Below are positions 12,012-19,903 of a stretch of DNA of 45,978 bases, piece after piece. Below the pieces are notes generated by a model, which searched no databases, was not told the origin of the DNA, and was given only the letters and a program-made list of their open reading frames with translations. A program made the position numbers and the translations under genes. Position 1 is the first letter of the stretch. Each line of letters opens with the position of its first letter. This DNA is from Gammaproteobacteria bacterium (GTDB lineage Bacteria; Pseudomonadota; Gammaproteobacteria; Steroidobacterales; Rariloculaceae): assembly GCA_029243585.1 (NCBI GenBank), contig JAQWRR010000092.1, positions 1-45,978 on the forward strand, given 5' to 3'.

Positions 12012-13037
12012 ATGCCTACCAATCTAAGTCCAGCGTACAAGAAAGCTGAACAAGAGTTTCGTTCAGCTCGTGATGAGCGAGAACGTTTGGCATGCCTTAA
12101 GGAAATGCTGAGCACAATTCCTAAGCATAAAGGGACAGAAAACCTCCAAGCAGATATTAAAAGCCGTATTAAACAACTGTCCGAGCAACTTGTTGGGCCT
12201 AAGAAAGGCGGTAACCGTTCCGGACCTGTTCATAGCGTGCGCAAAGAGGGCGCTGCCCAAATCGCCTTGTTGGGGCCGCCAAATTCAGGCAAGTCTAGCC
12301 TTCATGCAAAGCTTACTGGGTCTAGGGCAGAGATTGGCACTTATCCTTTTACAACCCATGAGCCAATGCCGGGCATGTTGCCGTTTGAGGACATAAGTTT
12401 TCAGCTAATAGATCTGCCGCCATTATCAGCCGATTACATGGAAAGTTGGTTGATGGAGGCCTTACATCCCGCGGATGCGGCATTATTGGTATTGGATATT
12501 GCTGATCCTGAGTGTACAGAACATGTTGAGGTCATTTTGGATCGCCTAAAAGAGATAAAAGTTGCCTTATTGGAACAGTGGTTATCCTCCAGCCGTGAAC
12601 TTGCTTTAGAGGATAAAGAAGAGCCAGACCCCTTTCGTGTTACTTTGCCAACTCTGCTCATTGCAAACAAATATGACCTGGATCCTGATCCAGCCGTATT
12701 ACAGGCGCTAAAGGATTTGCTAAATATTGAATTTCCATCTCTAGTTACTTCAACGCATAGCGGAGAAGGGCTTCAAAAGGTTGGAGAGTTGCTTTTTGAT
12801 GGCTTAAATATCATCCGTGTTTACACTAAGGCGCCTGGAAAACCACCACAAAAGGATAAGCCTTTTACTCTTCGTAGAGGTTCGAACGTATTGGATGTAG
12901 CACGTCTAGTCCATAAGGATTTAGCTGGATCGCTCAAATATGCCCGCGCCTGGGGAAAGGAAGTCTATGATGGGCAGCAAGTTGGGCCAGAACATCTGTT
13001 GGCTGATGCAGACGTGGTTGAGCTACATATGCGCTAG
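12012..13037 (+). CDS. DRG/Rbg1-like Obg-family GTPase with a C-terminal TGS domain
   Basis: It has an N-terminal helical segment, then G1 (GPPNSGKSS), G2 (YPFTT), G3 (DLPP, atypical) and G4 (NKYD). The TGS-like C-terminus reads IIRVYTKAPGKPP...PFTLRRGSNVLDVARLVHKDL...ARAWG...GQQVG..H.L.D.DVVEL. The architecture matches eukaryotic/archaeal DRG. Confidence 0.8.
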   Translation: MPTNLSPAYKKAEQEFRSARDERERLACLKEMLSTIPKHKGTENLQADIKSRIKQLSEQLVGPKKGGNRSGPVHSVRKEGAAQIALLGPPNSGKSSLHAKLTGSRAEIGTYPFTTHEPMPGMLPFEDISFQLIDLPPLSADYMESWLMEALHPADAALLVLDIADPECTEHVEVILDRLKEIKVALLEQWLSSSRELALEDKEEPDPFRVTLPTLLIANKYDLDPDPAVLQALKDLLNIEFPSLVTSTHSGEGLQKVGELLFDGLNIIRVYTKAPGKPPQKDKPFTLRRGSNVLDVARLVHKDLAGSLKYARAWGKEVYDGQQVGPEHLLADADVVELHMR

Positions 13038-13039
13038 TT

Positions 13040-13981
13040 TTACTTTCTTATCCCACCTAAATCTAGACCGCCAACGATGTCAGAGACAGATTCAAAATCA
13101 TGGGTCCTAAGATAATTCTCAATGCCCGTATTAATCCTTTTTGCCGCTAGCGGATCATAAAAAAGCCCTGTACCTAATCCCACTGTAGTAGCACCTGCCA
13201 ATAAAAACTCGATAGCATCAGACGCAGTTTCCATTCCGCCCTGTCCTATGATGGGTATGCCATGTAGCGCAGCAACATCATAGACTTGGTGAACCTTCAG
13301 CAGGGCAATTGGACGAATTGCAGGCCCAGAGAGGCCTCCTTGTACATTACCGATGATGGGTTTCTGTGTCTCGATGTCAATTGCCATGCCCATTATGGTG
13401 TTGATAACTGAAAAGGCATCAGTGCCAACATTAATGCATGCCTTAGCATTTGCAGCGATATCGGTTTGATTTGGCGATAATTTTGTTATTAGGGGTTTGT
13501 TTGTAAGGTTTCGGCAGGCTTCAACGACACGCGCGGACATATCCGGATTATTGCCAAAAGCTACGCCACCTTCTTTTACATTAGGACATGAAATATTGAT
13601 TTCCATTGCATCAATCGGGGAATCATCAAAATAACGTGTAACTTCTGCATATTCTTCTATGGTGGAGCCACAAACATTTGCAATAAACCGTGTTTCATCA
13701 AAATTTAAGTTTGGGAGAATATCTGTAACGACTTTTTTAACACCTGGGTTTTGTAGGCCAATAGCATTAAGCATGCCAGAAGGTGTTTCCCATACGCGAT
13801 GGGCAGGATTGCCTAAACGCGGCTCCAGTGTTGTGCCCTTTAATACGATAGCGCCAACATCAAGGTTAGAGAAACCTTCTATTCGGGTGTATTCTTCGCC
13901 AAACCCAACACATCCTGATAGAAGTATCACAGGAGAGGACAATTTTAGCCCACAGAATTCCAGTGCAAGGGGGCCACTCAT
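13040..13981 (-). CDS. pyrD: Dihydroorotate dehydrogenase, class 1 (1B-like catalytic subunit)
   Basis: 313 aa with SGCVGFGEEY, GNPAHRVWETPSGMLNAIGLQNPG and a catalytic-Cys loop (EINISCPNVK). Class 2 enzymes have Ser at this position and an N-terminal membrane helix, which is absent here. Confidence 0.85.
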   Translation of the reverse strand: MSGPLALEFCGLKLSSPVILLSGCVGFGEEYTRIEGFSNLDVGAIVLKGTTLEPRLGNPAHRVWETPSGMLNAIGLQNPGVKKVVTDILPNLNFDETRFIANVCGSTIEEYAEVTRYFDDSPIDAMEINISCPNVKEGGVAFGNNPDMSARVVEACRNLTNKPLITKLSPNQTDIAANAKACINVGTDAFSVINTIMGMAIDIETQKPIIGNVQGGLSGPAIRPIALLKVHQVYDVAALHGIPIIGQGGMETASDAIEFLLAGATTVGLGTGLFYDPLAAKRINTGIENYLRTHDFESVSDIVGGLDLGGIRK

Positions 13982-14054
13982 GTTTGATGTGATATGGGCA
14001 TTTTGATGATCTCATTATGTCGGAGCATGACGACTTAGGCCATAGAATACCCAA

Positions 14055-14519
14055 GTGTTTCATTTAATTTTATACCAACCTGAGATTCCCCCAAATACGG
14101 GGAATATTATTCGTCTTTGCGCCAATGCTGGAGCAGCATTACACCTGATACATCCACTCGGGTTTCAAATGGAAGAACGAAGCCTTCGACGGGCAGGGCT
14201 TGATTACCATGAATTAACATGTGTGATGGAGCATGTATCACTCGAAAAATGCCTGGAGACGCTTCAACCGAGACGAGTTTTTGCCCTAAGCACTAAGGGA
14301 GAAAATAGTTTTTTCGACAGAAAGTTTGCGCCTGGTGACGCATTTCTTTTTGGACCAGAAACCCGAGGGTTACCCAAAGAGGTGCTAACTAGTATGCCTC
14401 CTGAAAAGATCCTTAGAATTCCTCTTAAGCATGGAAATCGTAGTCTCAACTTGAGCAATGCTGCAGCTATAGTTCTTTATGAAGCATGGAGGCAGCAAGG
14501 CTTTAATGAGATTGCATAA
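14055..14519 (+). CDS. trmL: tRNA (cytidine/uridine-34 2'-O)-methyltransferase TrmL (SpoU/TrmH family)
   Basis: 154 aa. It has the YQPEIPPNTGNIIRLCANAG N-terminus and the SpoU knot motifs (FGPETRGLP, IPL...RSLNLSNAAAIVLYEAWRQ). Confidence 0.88.
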   Translation: MFHLILYQPEIPPNTGNIIRLCANAGAALHLIHPLGFQMEERSLRRAGLDYHELTCVMEHVSLEKCLETLQPRRVFALSTKGENSFFDRKFAPGDAFLFGPETRGLPKEVLTSMPPEKILRIPLKHGNRSLNLSNAAAIVLYEAWRQQGFNEIA

Positions 14520-14530
14520 GGCAGATAAAT

Positions 14531-15532
14531 TTATTCGGGGGTTAGGGGGCGTCCTAATAGATTAGCCACGGCTTCTTTTGGCTCGAGCTTGTCATAAATG
14601 ACCCGATATATCTGCTCGACAATCGGCATTTCTACTTCTAGTTTTTTTGCTACTTTGTAAACTGCTTTTGCTGCATAGTAGCCTTCAACAACTTGCCCGA
14701 TTTTTCTGCGCAGACCTTCAACACTGGTGCCATCAGCAAGGCCCAGCCCAAAACGGCGATTGCGAGACTGATCATCTGAACAAGTCAAAACAAGGTCACC
14801 CATACCGGATAGTCCGATAAAGGTGTCTTTCTGGGCGCCTAAGGCTAACCCAAGCCGTGTCATTTCGATTAGTCCGCGCGTTATCATGGCTATACGAGTA
14901 TTGGCTCCAAAGCCTAGTCCATCGGATATTCCTGCTCCGATCGCAAGAACATTTTTAGTAGCGCCGCCAACCTCGACACCAACGATATCTTTAGCTGTAT
15001 AGGCGCGGAAAGTATCTGTGCTGATAGCTTGAGCAAGACGATTCGCATTAGCTTCGGTTGTTGAGGCTATGGATACAGCGCTAGGCAATCCTGCTGCTAC
15101 CTCGGATGCAAAGGTTGGGCCAGAGATAACGGCCATTGGTAAGCTTGTGCCCATTACCTGCCTAACCACCTGATGCGGCAGCAGCCCGGTTTCAGTTTCA
15201 AATCCCTTTGTTGCCCAGGCTAAATGCTTAATAGGTTGAGAGGAGTTTTTTAATCTCTCAAGGGTTTCTCGAAGCGCGTGACTAGGAACTACAATTAGAA
15301 CATCTTCGGCCCCAATGAGCGCATCATCAATATTAGTCGTAACTTGCAGAGCGTCAGGAAAGTGTGCGTCTGGCAGATACAGGTCATTGTACCGGCTCCG
15401 ATCCATAGCTTTGATCTCTTCTTCCTCAATTCCCCATAGGATTGTTGGGCGACCTATACGCGCGAAGTGAATGGCTAGTGCCGTACCCCAAGAGCCGGAA
15501 CCTAAGACAGCAATTCGGTTAGGTAAGTTAAT
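14531..15532 (-). CDS. gpsA: NAD(P)H-dependent glycerol-3-phosphate dehydrogenase; 5' end extended beyond the first ATG to a putative ATT start
   Basis: The tracked ORF (ATG 15406) lacks the dinucleotide-binding motif. The same frame upstream reads INLPNRIAVLGSGSWGTALAIHFARIGRPTILWG and is closed by TGA at 15542-15544. The stop at 14531 is firm. The start (ATT 15532 or ATT 15514) is uncertain. Confidence 0.8.
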   Translation of the reverse strand: MNLPNRIAVLGSGSWGTALAIHFARIGRPTILWGIEEEEIKAMDRSRYNDLYLPDAHFPDALQVTTNIDDALIGAEDVLIVVPSHALRETLERLKNSSQPIKHLAWATKGFETETGLLPHQVVRQVMGTSLPMAVISGPTFASEVAAGLPSAVSIASTTEANANRLAQAISTDTFRAYTAKDIVGVEVGGATKNVLAIGAGISDGLGFGANTRIAMITRGLIEMTRLGLALGAQKDTFIGLSGMGDLVLTCSDDQSRNRRFGLGLADGTSVEGLRRKIGQVVEGYYAAKAVYKVAKKLEVEMPIVEQIYRVIYDKLEPKEAVANLLGRPLTPE

Positions 15533-15549
15533 GGAAGTAGCTCAGCTAC

Positions 15550-16041
15550 CTAATGAGTAGCCTTGGAAGGGGCCGAGCTTTGATCGCCATTTTTTTGCGA
15601 CTGTTCTTGCATTGCTTTAGCGTAAAGAGCGTCAAAATTAATGGGCTGCAACAATAATTGTGGAAAACCACCACGTGTGACCACATCGGAAACAGCCTCC
15701 CGAGCAAAGGGGTACAACGCATTAGGGCAGTAGCTTCCAACCAGCATCTGGCGCTCCTCTTCCGTATAGCCTTGCATAATAAATACACCAGCTTGCTCTA
15801 GTTCTACTAGAAACAGTGCTTTATCGTTTTCTTTGGCTTCGACAGTAAGGGTAAGGCTAACCTCTTGAGCATTTTCTCCTACTTCCTTAGAGCTTGATCT
15901 AATATTTAGTTCAGTTTGTGGAGACATATCAGCTTTGAATATCTCAGGTGCCCTAGGTGATTCAAAAGAGAAATCCTTAATATAGATTTTCTGTAACACA
16001 AGCTGTTTGTTTTGATTGTCCGCAGACTTTTTTTCTGTCAT
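15550..16041 (-). CDS. secB: Protein-export chaperone SecB
   Basis: 163 aa with the LQKIYIKDFSFESP motif and an acidic C-terminal tail. It sits in the conserved rhodanese-grx-secB-gpsA order. Confidence 0.93.
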   Translation of the reverse strand: MTEKKSADNQNKQLVLQKIYIKDFSFESPRAPEIFKADMSPQTELNIRSSSKEVGENAQEVSLTLTVEAKENDKALFLVELEQAGVFIMQGYTEEERQMLVGSYCPNALYPFAREAVSDVVTRGGFPQLLLQPINFDALYAKAMQEQSQKNGDQSSAPSKATH

Positions 16042-16101
16042 ATACTTGAGAGTCTCCGTAATATGCTGAGCTAATTAGGTTTTGTAGTGATCGTAATATC
16101 G

Positions 16102-16383
16102 TTAGGACGCTTCTACTAGTAGTGAGCTCAATTTTCCTGTTATTTCTAATTCATTTAGTTCGGTGTAACCGCCGATCGGTTGTCCGCCAATAAAGATTTG
16201 AGGGACAGTTTTACGCCCGCTTAGTTTAACCATCTCTTCTCTGCTCTGTGGGTTTTGTAACACATTTATCTTAAGAAATGCTGCTTCCTTCATTTTTAGA
16301 AGACGCACTGCTGCATCACAATATCCACATAGAGGCGAAGAATAGATAACAACATGGCTAGAGCTTGGGCCGTCTGCGTTCAT
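16102..16383 (-). CDS. grxC: Glutaredoxin (Grx3-like), active site CGYC
   Basis: 93 aa with VIYSSPLCGYCDAAVRLL, TVPQIFIGGQPIGGY. It overlaps the upstream rhodanese gene by 4 nt. Confidence 0.88.
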   Translation of the reverse strand: MNADGPSSSHVVIYSSPLCGYCDAAVRLLKMKEAAFLKINVLQNPQSREEMVKLSGRKTVPQIFIGGQPIGGYTELNELEITGKLSSLLVEAS

Positions 16384-16796
16384 TTGACCAGTGTCATATT
16401 ATCGGTACGCCATTGTCGTAGCCCACCTTTTAGACTAAAAGCGTTTTCAAACCCAGCCTTACGAAGAAGGTTTGCTGCTTTACTAGAGTTGATTCCATTT
16501 TCACAAACGGTTAATAGTAGCTTGCTCTTTTTTTTGTTTACATTTTGGTCAGCCTGAATAGCGCTAAGCGTAATATTCTTGGCATTAACAATGTGTCCTG
16601 TTTCATATGCATCATCAGCCCGGACATCAATAATAGTGGCGCCTTTATTGATAATACGAACCGCATCAGTAGTGGAAACTTGAGAAAGTGTGGTGGCTTT
16701 GAGCTTCATTTCGTAAAACATCACACCTGCCCATGAAGCCAGCAGCGCTAGAACAAGAAGCCTGTTGTTATCTGCAAATTCTACCAGTTGGTCCAT
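16380..16796 (-). CDS. Membrane-anchored rhodanese-domain protein (YibN-like)
   Basis: It has an N-terminal TM helix and a rhodanese fold with the active-site loop CENGINS. The position is equivalent to E. coli yibN upstream of grxC-secB-gpsA. Confidence 0.8.
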   Translation of the reverse strand: MDQLVEFADNNRLLVLALLASWAGVMFYEMKLKATTLSQVSTTDAVRIINKGATIIDVRADDAYETGHIVNAKNITLSAIQADQNVNKKKSKLLLTVCENGINSSKAANLLRKAGFENAFSLKGGLRQWRTDNMTLVK

Positions 16797-16884
16797 TTAT
16801 TTCTCCGAAGGTACCGCAACTCCAGGGCGCGTGAGTATAACAGCCGAGCATTTCTAAAATTCACTCGCTAAACTGTACTACGCC

Positions 16885-18048
16885 ATGAATAAATATAAAC
16901 ATAGTCGCTTGAACGATATTCAAGCTTTCACGGTAATGTGGTGTTGTATGTTTTGTTCTGCTTTAGCGCAATCTCCTGAGGAAGAAAGTTTAGAGGTTGT
17001 ACGTAACCAGATCAGATTTCTAGAAGAGAAGTTAGCCGAGCAAAATGTGGAGCGCGATAGAAACCACCGTGTACTAAGGCAAGTAGAAGTTGAAATCTCA
17101 TCTAGCTCCAAGCAGTTGAGGTTTATTCAGGAAGAGCTTAGGGGCCAGCAAGAACAAACCCAGGCCTTAGGGCTAGAGATAGAGGCAGCGGAGGCGCAAC
17201 TCATCGGAGAGCGTGATGCCTTGTCCAACCAGATTCGGATGAATTATCTATCTGGCAGACAGGAAAAACTAAAGTTGCTCTTGAATCAGGAGAATCCGGC
17301 GCGCTTGGGTAGGATGATGGTCTATTATGATTATCTTAATCGGGCTCGTAGAGATCGAGTCAATATAGTCATCGCTGAGACTGCTAACTTAGTCGAGCTA
17401 GAGAGTAATAGTCGCGATGCTCTTTCACGTCTTCTGGACTTGGAGGTCGCCCAAGAGACAGGGCTATTAGAGCTTGAAGCCGCTCGCCAAGAGCGCCAAA
17501 CAGTGATTAATCTCATTGATACAGACATATTAGGTGCAGGCGGTGATATCGCTCGATTACGCGAAGAGGAGGAAAGACTAAGACAGGTTATTGAGGAGGT
17601 TAGAGCATTGTTGTCTGACTTTCCTATTGACTTAGATGTAGGTTTTGAGCGCATTAAAGGCGCTTTGCTTTGGCCTGTTTCTGGACCTCTTATTAACAGC
17701 TATGGAGATTCACGCGAAGAAAGTCAGTTGACATGGAATGGGGTGCTTGTCGGTGCGCCATCAGGGACGCCTGTCAGGGCTATACATCACGGCCGTGTAG
17801 CATATGCAGACTGGTTGCCTGGGTTAGGGCTATTAGTGATAGTTGATCATGGTGATGGCTACATGAGTCTTTATGGGCACAATGAAACTATCCTGAAAGA
17901 ATCTGGAGACTGGGTGGCGCAGGGCGAAGCAATTGCACAGGTAGGAGATTCTGGGGGACAGATCCGCCAAGCGCTATATTTTGAAATTCGACATGAGGGA
18001 TTGCCTATGGATCCGGAGTTATGGTTGGCTCCAACGAATGAAAGATAG
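16885..18048 (+). CDS. envC: Murein hydrolase activator EnvC-like protein (coiled coil plus M23/LytM domain)
   Basis: It has a signal-like N-terminus, about 230 aa of heptad-rich coiled coil, and a C-terminal M23 domain (GVLVGAPSGTPVRAI..GRVAYADW..GLGLLVIVDHGDGYMSLYGHN). Confidence 0.8.
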   Translation: MNKYKHSRLNDIQAFTVMWCCMFCSALAQSPEEESLEVVRNQIRFLEEKLAEQNVERDRNHRVLRQVEVEISSSSKQLRFIQEELRGQQEQTQALGLEIEAAEAQLIGERDALSNQIRMNYLSGRQEKLKLLLNQENPARLGRMMVYYDYLNRARRDRVNIVIAETANLVELESNSRDALSRLLDLEVAQETGLLELEAARQERQTVINLIDTDILGAGGDIARLREEEERLRQVIEEVRALLSDFPIDLDVGFERIKGALLWPVSGPLINSYGDSREESQLTWNGVLVGAPSGTPVRAIHHGRVAYADWLPGLGLLVIVDHGDGYMSLYGHNETILKESGDWVAQGEAIAQVGDSGGQIRQALYFEIRHEGLPMDPELWLAPTNER

Positions 18049-18077
18049 TACGAGAATATTTAAGGGGATATTTTCGT

Positions 18078-19352
18078 GTGCTAAGGTGCCCAGTCCAGAA
18101 ACAAGGGCATGTTCTATCTATGTTATTGAAAGGTAGAATTATTTTAATGATGGTGCTTGGCGCTGTGGCCGGGTTTGCGGCCTCTGCGGGCGGGTATTTG
18201 CTTAAAGAAGGCAATAGATATGCTGACTTTTCTTCTAGCTCTTTATCCGAAGACCATATTAGCCTTCTAGCCGAAGTATTTGAAAGCCTTCGTGATGAGT
18301 ATGTAGATGAGCTAGATGGTTCTGTGCTGATAGAAAGGGCTATAGGCGGAATGCTGGAAGGCCTTGACAGCCATTCCCGATTTTTGAGTGCTGACGATTA
18401 TGAGGGCATTCGGATAAGTGCAACCGGACAATATACTGGAGTTGGTCTTGATATCAGTCTTGAGGACGGTCAAGTAAAAGTTATTGCGCCGTTAGACGGG
18501 ACGCCAGCACAGCGGGCTGGAATTCTGTCGGGCGATATTGTGATGTCAGTCAATGATGTGCCTGTAGATATAGAAAATGCAGAAGCAACTGTAAACAGAA
18601 TGCGTGGGCAATCTGGAACATCAGTTACTTTAGAGTTAAAGAGAAAGGGGTTGGATGAAATATTACGCTTTGCTTTAACTAGGGCAGATATTCAGGTTAA
18701 AACAGTAAGATCTGAGCGCCTTGGTAGAGGTTATGGCTACATAAGGGTTATGGGTTTTTCAGACAGCACTGGGAAAGAACTTAAAGAAGCCTTTAGTGTT
18801 TTGGACGACGGCAATGAATTAAGCGGGATTGTTCTAGATCTTCGAAATAATCCTGGCGGTGTTTTAGATGCAGCTGTTGAAGTGGCAGACGCTTTTCTTG
18901 AACAAGGATTGATTGTGCGCGTTGGTGGACGCATGAAAGATGCGAGTTTTGAGAAACATGCAACACCAGGCGACACTTTCTCAGGGATAGATGTTGCAGT
19001 GCTGGTAAATAATGGATCTGCGTCTGCTTCGGAGATTGTTGCTGCAGCTTTAAGAGACCATGATCGTGCGCGCCTAGTTGGAGAACAGACTTATGGTAAA
19101 GGCTCCGTTCAGACGGTTATTCCGCTGGCAAATGGCGAAGCCTTAAAATTAACCACCTCGCATTATTTCACGCCTTCCGGAGATTCTATAAATGGCACGG
19201 GAATCATGCCGGATTTCGTTGTGGTAGAGCAGGATCCAAAGCGTCAGTATCGTGGTTTAGACAGCGATATTGAGTTAAGCGATGATAGCCAACTTCAAGA
19301 AGCGCTTCGTATCATCGGGTTCAATCATACTGAGAGTATCAACATGCTTTGA
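18078..19352 (+). CDS. ctpA: Carboxy-terminal processing protease (S41A family, PDZ domain)
   Basis: It has a PDZ region (GVGLDISLEDGQVKVIAPLDGTPAQRAGILSGDIV) and the S41 catalytic region (LDLRNNPGG, NNGSASASEIVAAAL, GEQTYGKGSVQ). The GTG start at 18078 has AAGGGGA upstream; ATG 18120 is an alternative. Confidence 0.88.
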   Translation: MLRCPVQKQGHVLSMLLKGRIILMMVLGAVAGFAASAGGYLLKEGNRYADFSSSSLSEDHISLLAEVFESLRDEYVDELDGSVLIERAIGGMLEGLDSHSRFLSADDYEGIRISATGQYTGVGLDISLEDGQVKVIAPLDGTPAQRAGILSGDIVMSVNDVPVDIENAEATVNRMRGQSGTSVTLELKRKGLDEILRFALTRADIQVKTVRSERLGRGYGYIRVMGFSDSTGKELKEAFSVLDDGNELSGIVLDLRNNPGGVLDAAVEVADAFLEQGLIVRVGGRMKDASFEKHATPGDTFSGIDVAVLVNNGSASASEIVAAALRDHDRARLVGEQTYGKGSVQTVIPLANGEALKLTTSHYFTPSGDSINGTGIMPDFVVVEQDPKRQYRGLDSDIELSDDSQLQEALRIIGFNHTESINML

Positions 19353-19411
19353 TATGGGCACCATCAAATGGGCCGCCAGAAAAAATACTTTGTATTAAGA
19401 CACGATAATAA

Positions 19412-19517
19412 GATGGAAATTCGTTTGGCTAGAACTGATGACTTAGGCTGAATAACAGCTATCTATAACGAAGCCATCAAAACAACAACAGCCACCGCTT
19501 TTATCAGTTTAGAATAG
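19412..19517 (+). pseudogene. Remnant of a GNAT (phosphinothricin-acetyltransferase-like) gene: first ~35 codons only, with a frameshift
   Basis: ATG 19412 gives MEIRLARTDEL, then the reading runs out of frame. The +1 frame from 19452 reads ITAIYNEAIKTTTATAFISLE followed by TAG (19515-19517). Together they resemble the M.IR.A...D...I..IYN..I....ATF N-terminus of GNAT enzymes. The remaining ~140 aa are absent. Confidence 0.5.
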
Positions 19518-19532
19518 TGCTGAGGAAAGCTC

Positions 19533-19895
19533 ATGCTTAAATTTTATAGTGTTCTTGGCCGATATCTTTATGCTAATAGGCTCATAATCTGGAGTCTGGC
19601 ATTAGGAGCTATTTTCGTATTTCTTGGGCTCTTGTTTTTTGGAGAGCCTTATGGAACTCAGGCTTTTTCGCTAATTTCAATTGCAATAATGTTGTGGATG
19701 TTGTGCCTGTTAGTGGTGGGACAGATGTTTTCTGCTCCCATAGATGAGATGAAAGTAGGCATAACGTTTATTGATAGAATGAGATATAAGTTGTCAAAAG
19801 CTGCTAGATGGATTATGGCGCTCATAATGACCGGGTTATTCATTTTTATGGCTTTTCTATCGTTGAAGACTATCGGAATGCTATTAAATGGGTGA
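19533..19895 (+). CDS. Hypothetical small integral membrane protein (3-4 predicted TM helices)
   Basis: 120 aa with a good SD (GAGGAAAG) 5 nt upstream of the ATG and hydrophobic segments throughout. I recognise no family. Confidence 0.55.
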   Translation: MLKFYSVLGRYLYANRLIIWSLALGAIFVFLGLLFFGEPYGTQAFSLISIAIMLWMLCLLVVGQMFSAPIDEMKVGITFIDRMRYKLSKAARWIMALIMTGLFIFMAFLSLKTIGMLLNG

Positions 19896-19903
19896 GGTGG
19901 GTT

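Noticed and set aside
15546-15788. An 80-aa minus-strand ORF overlapping secB in another frame.
   Set aside because: It is fully contained within the well-supported secB gene and has no motifs.
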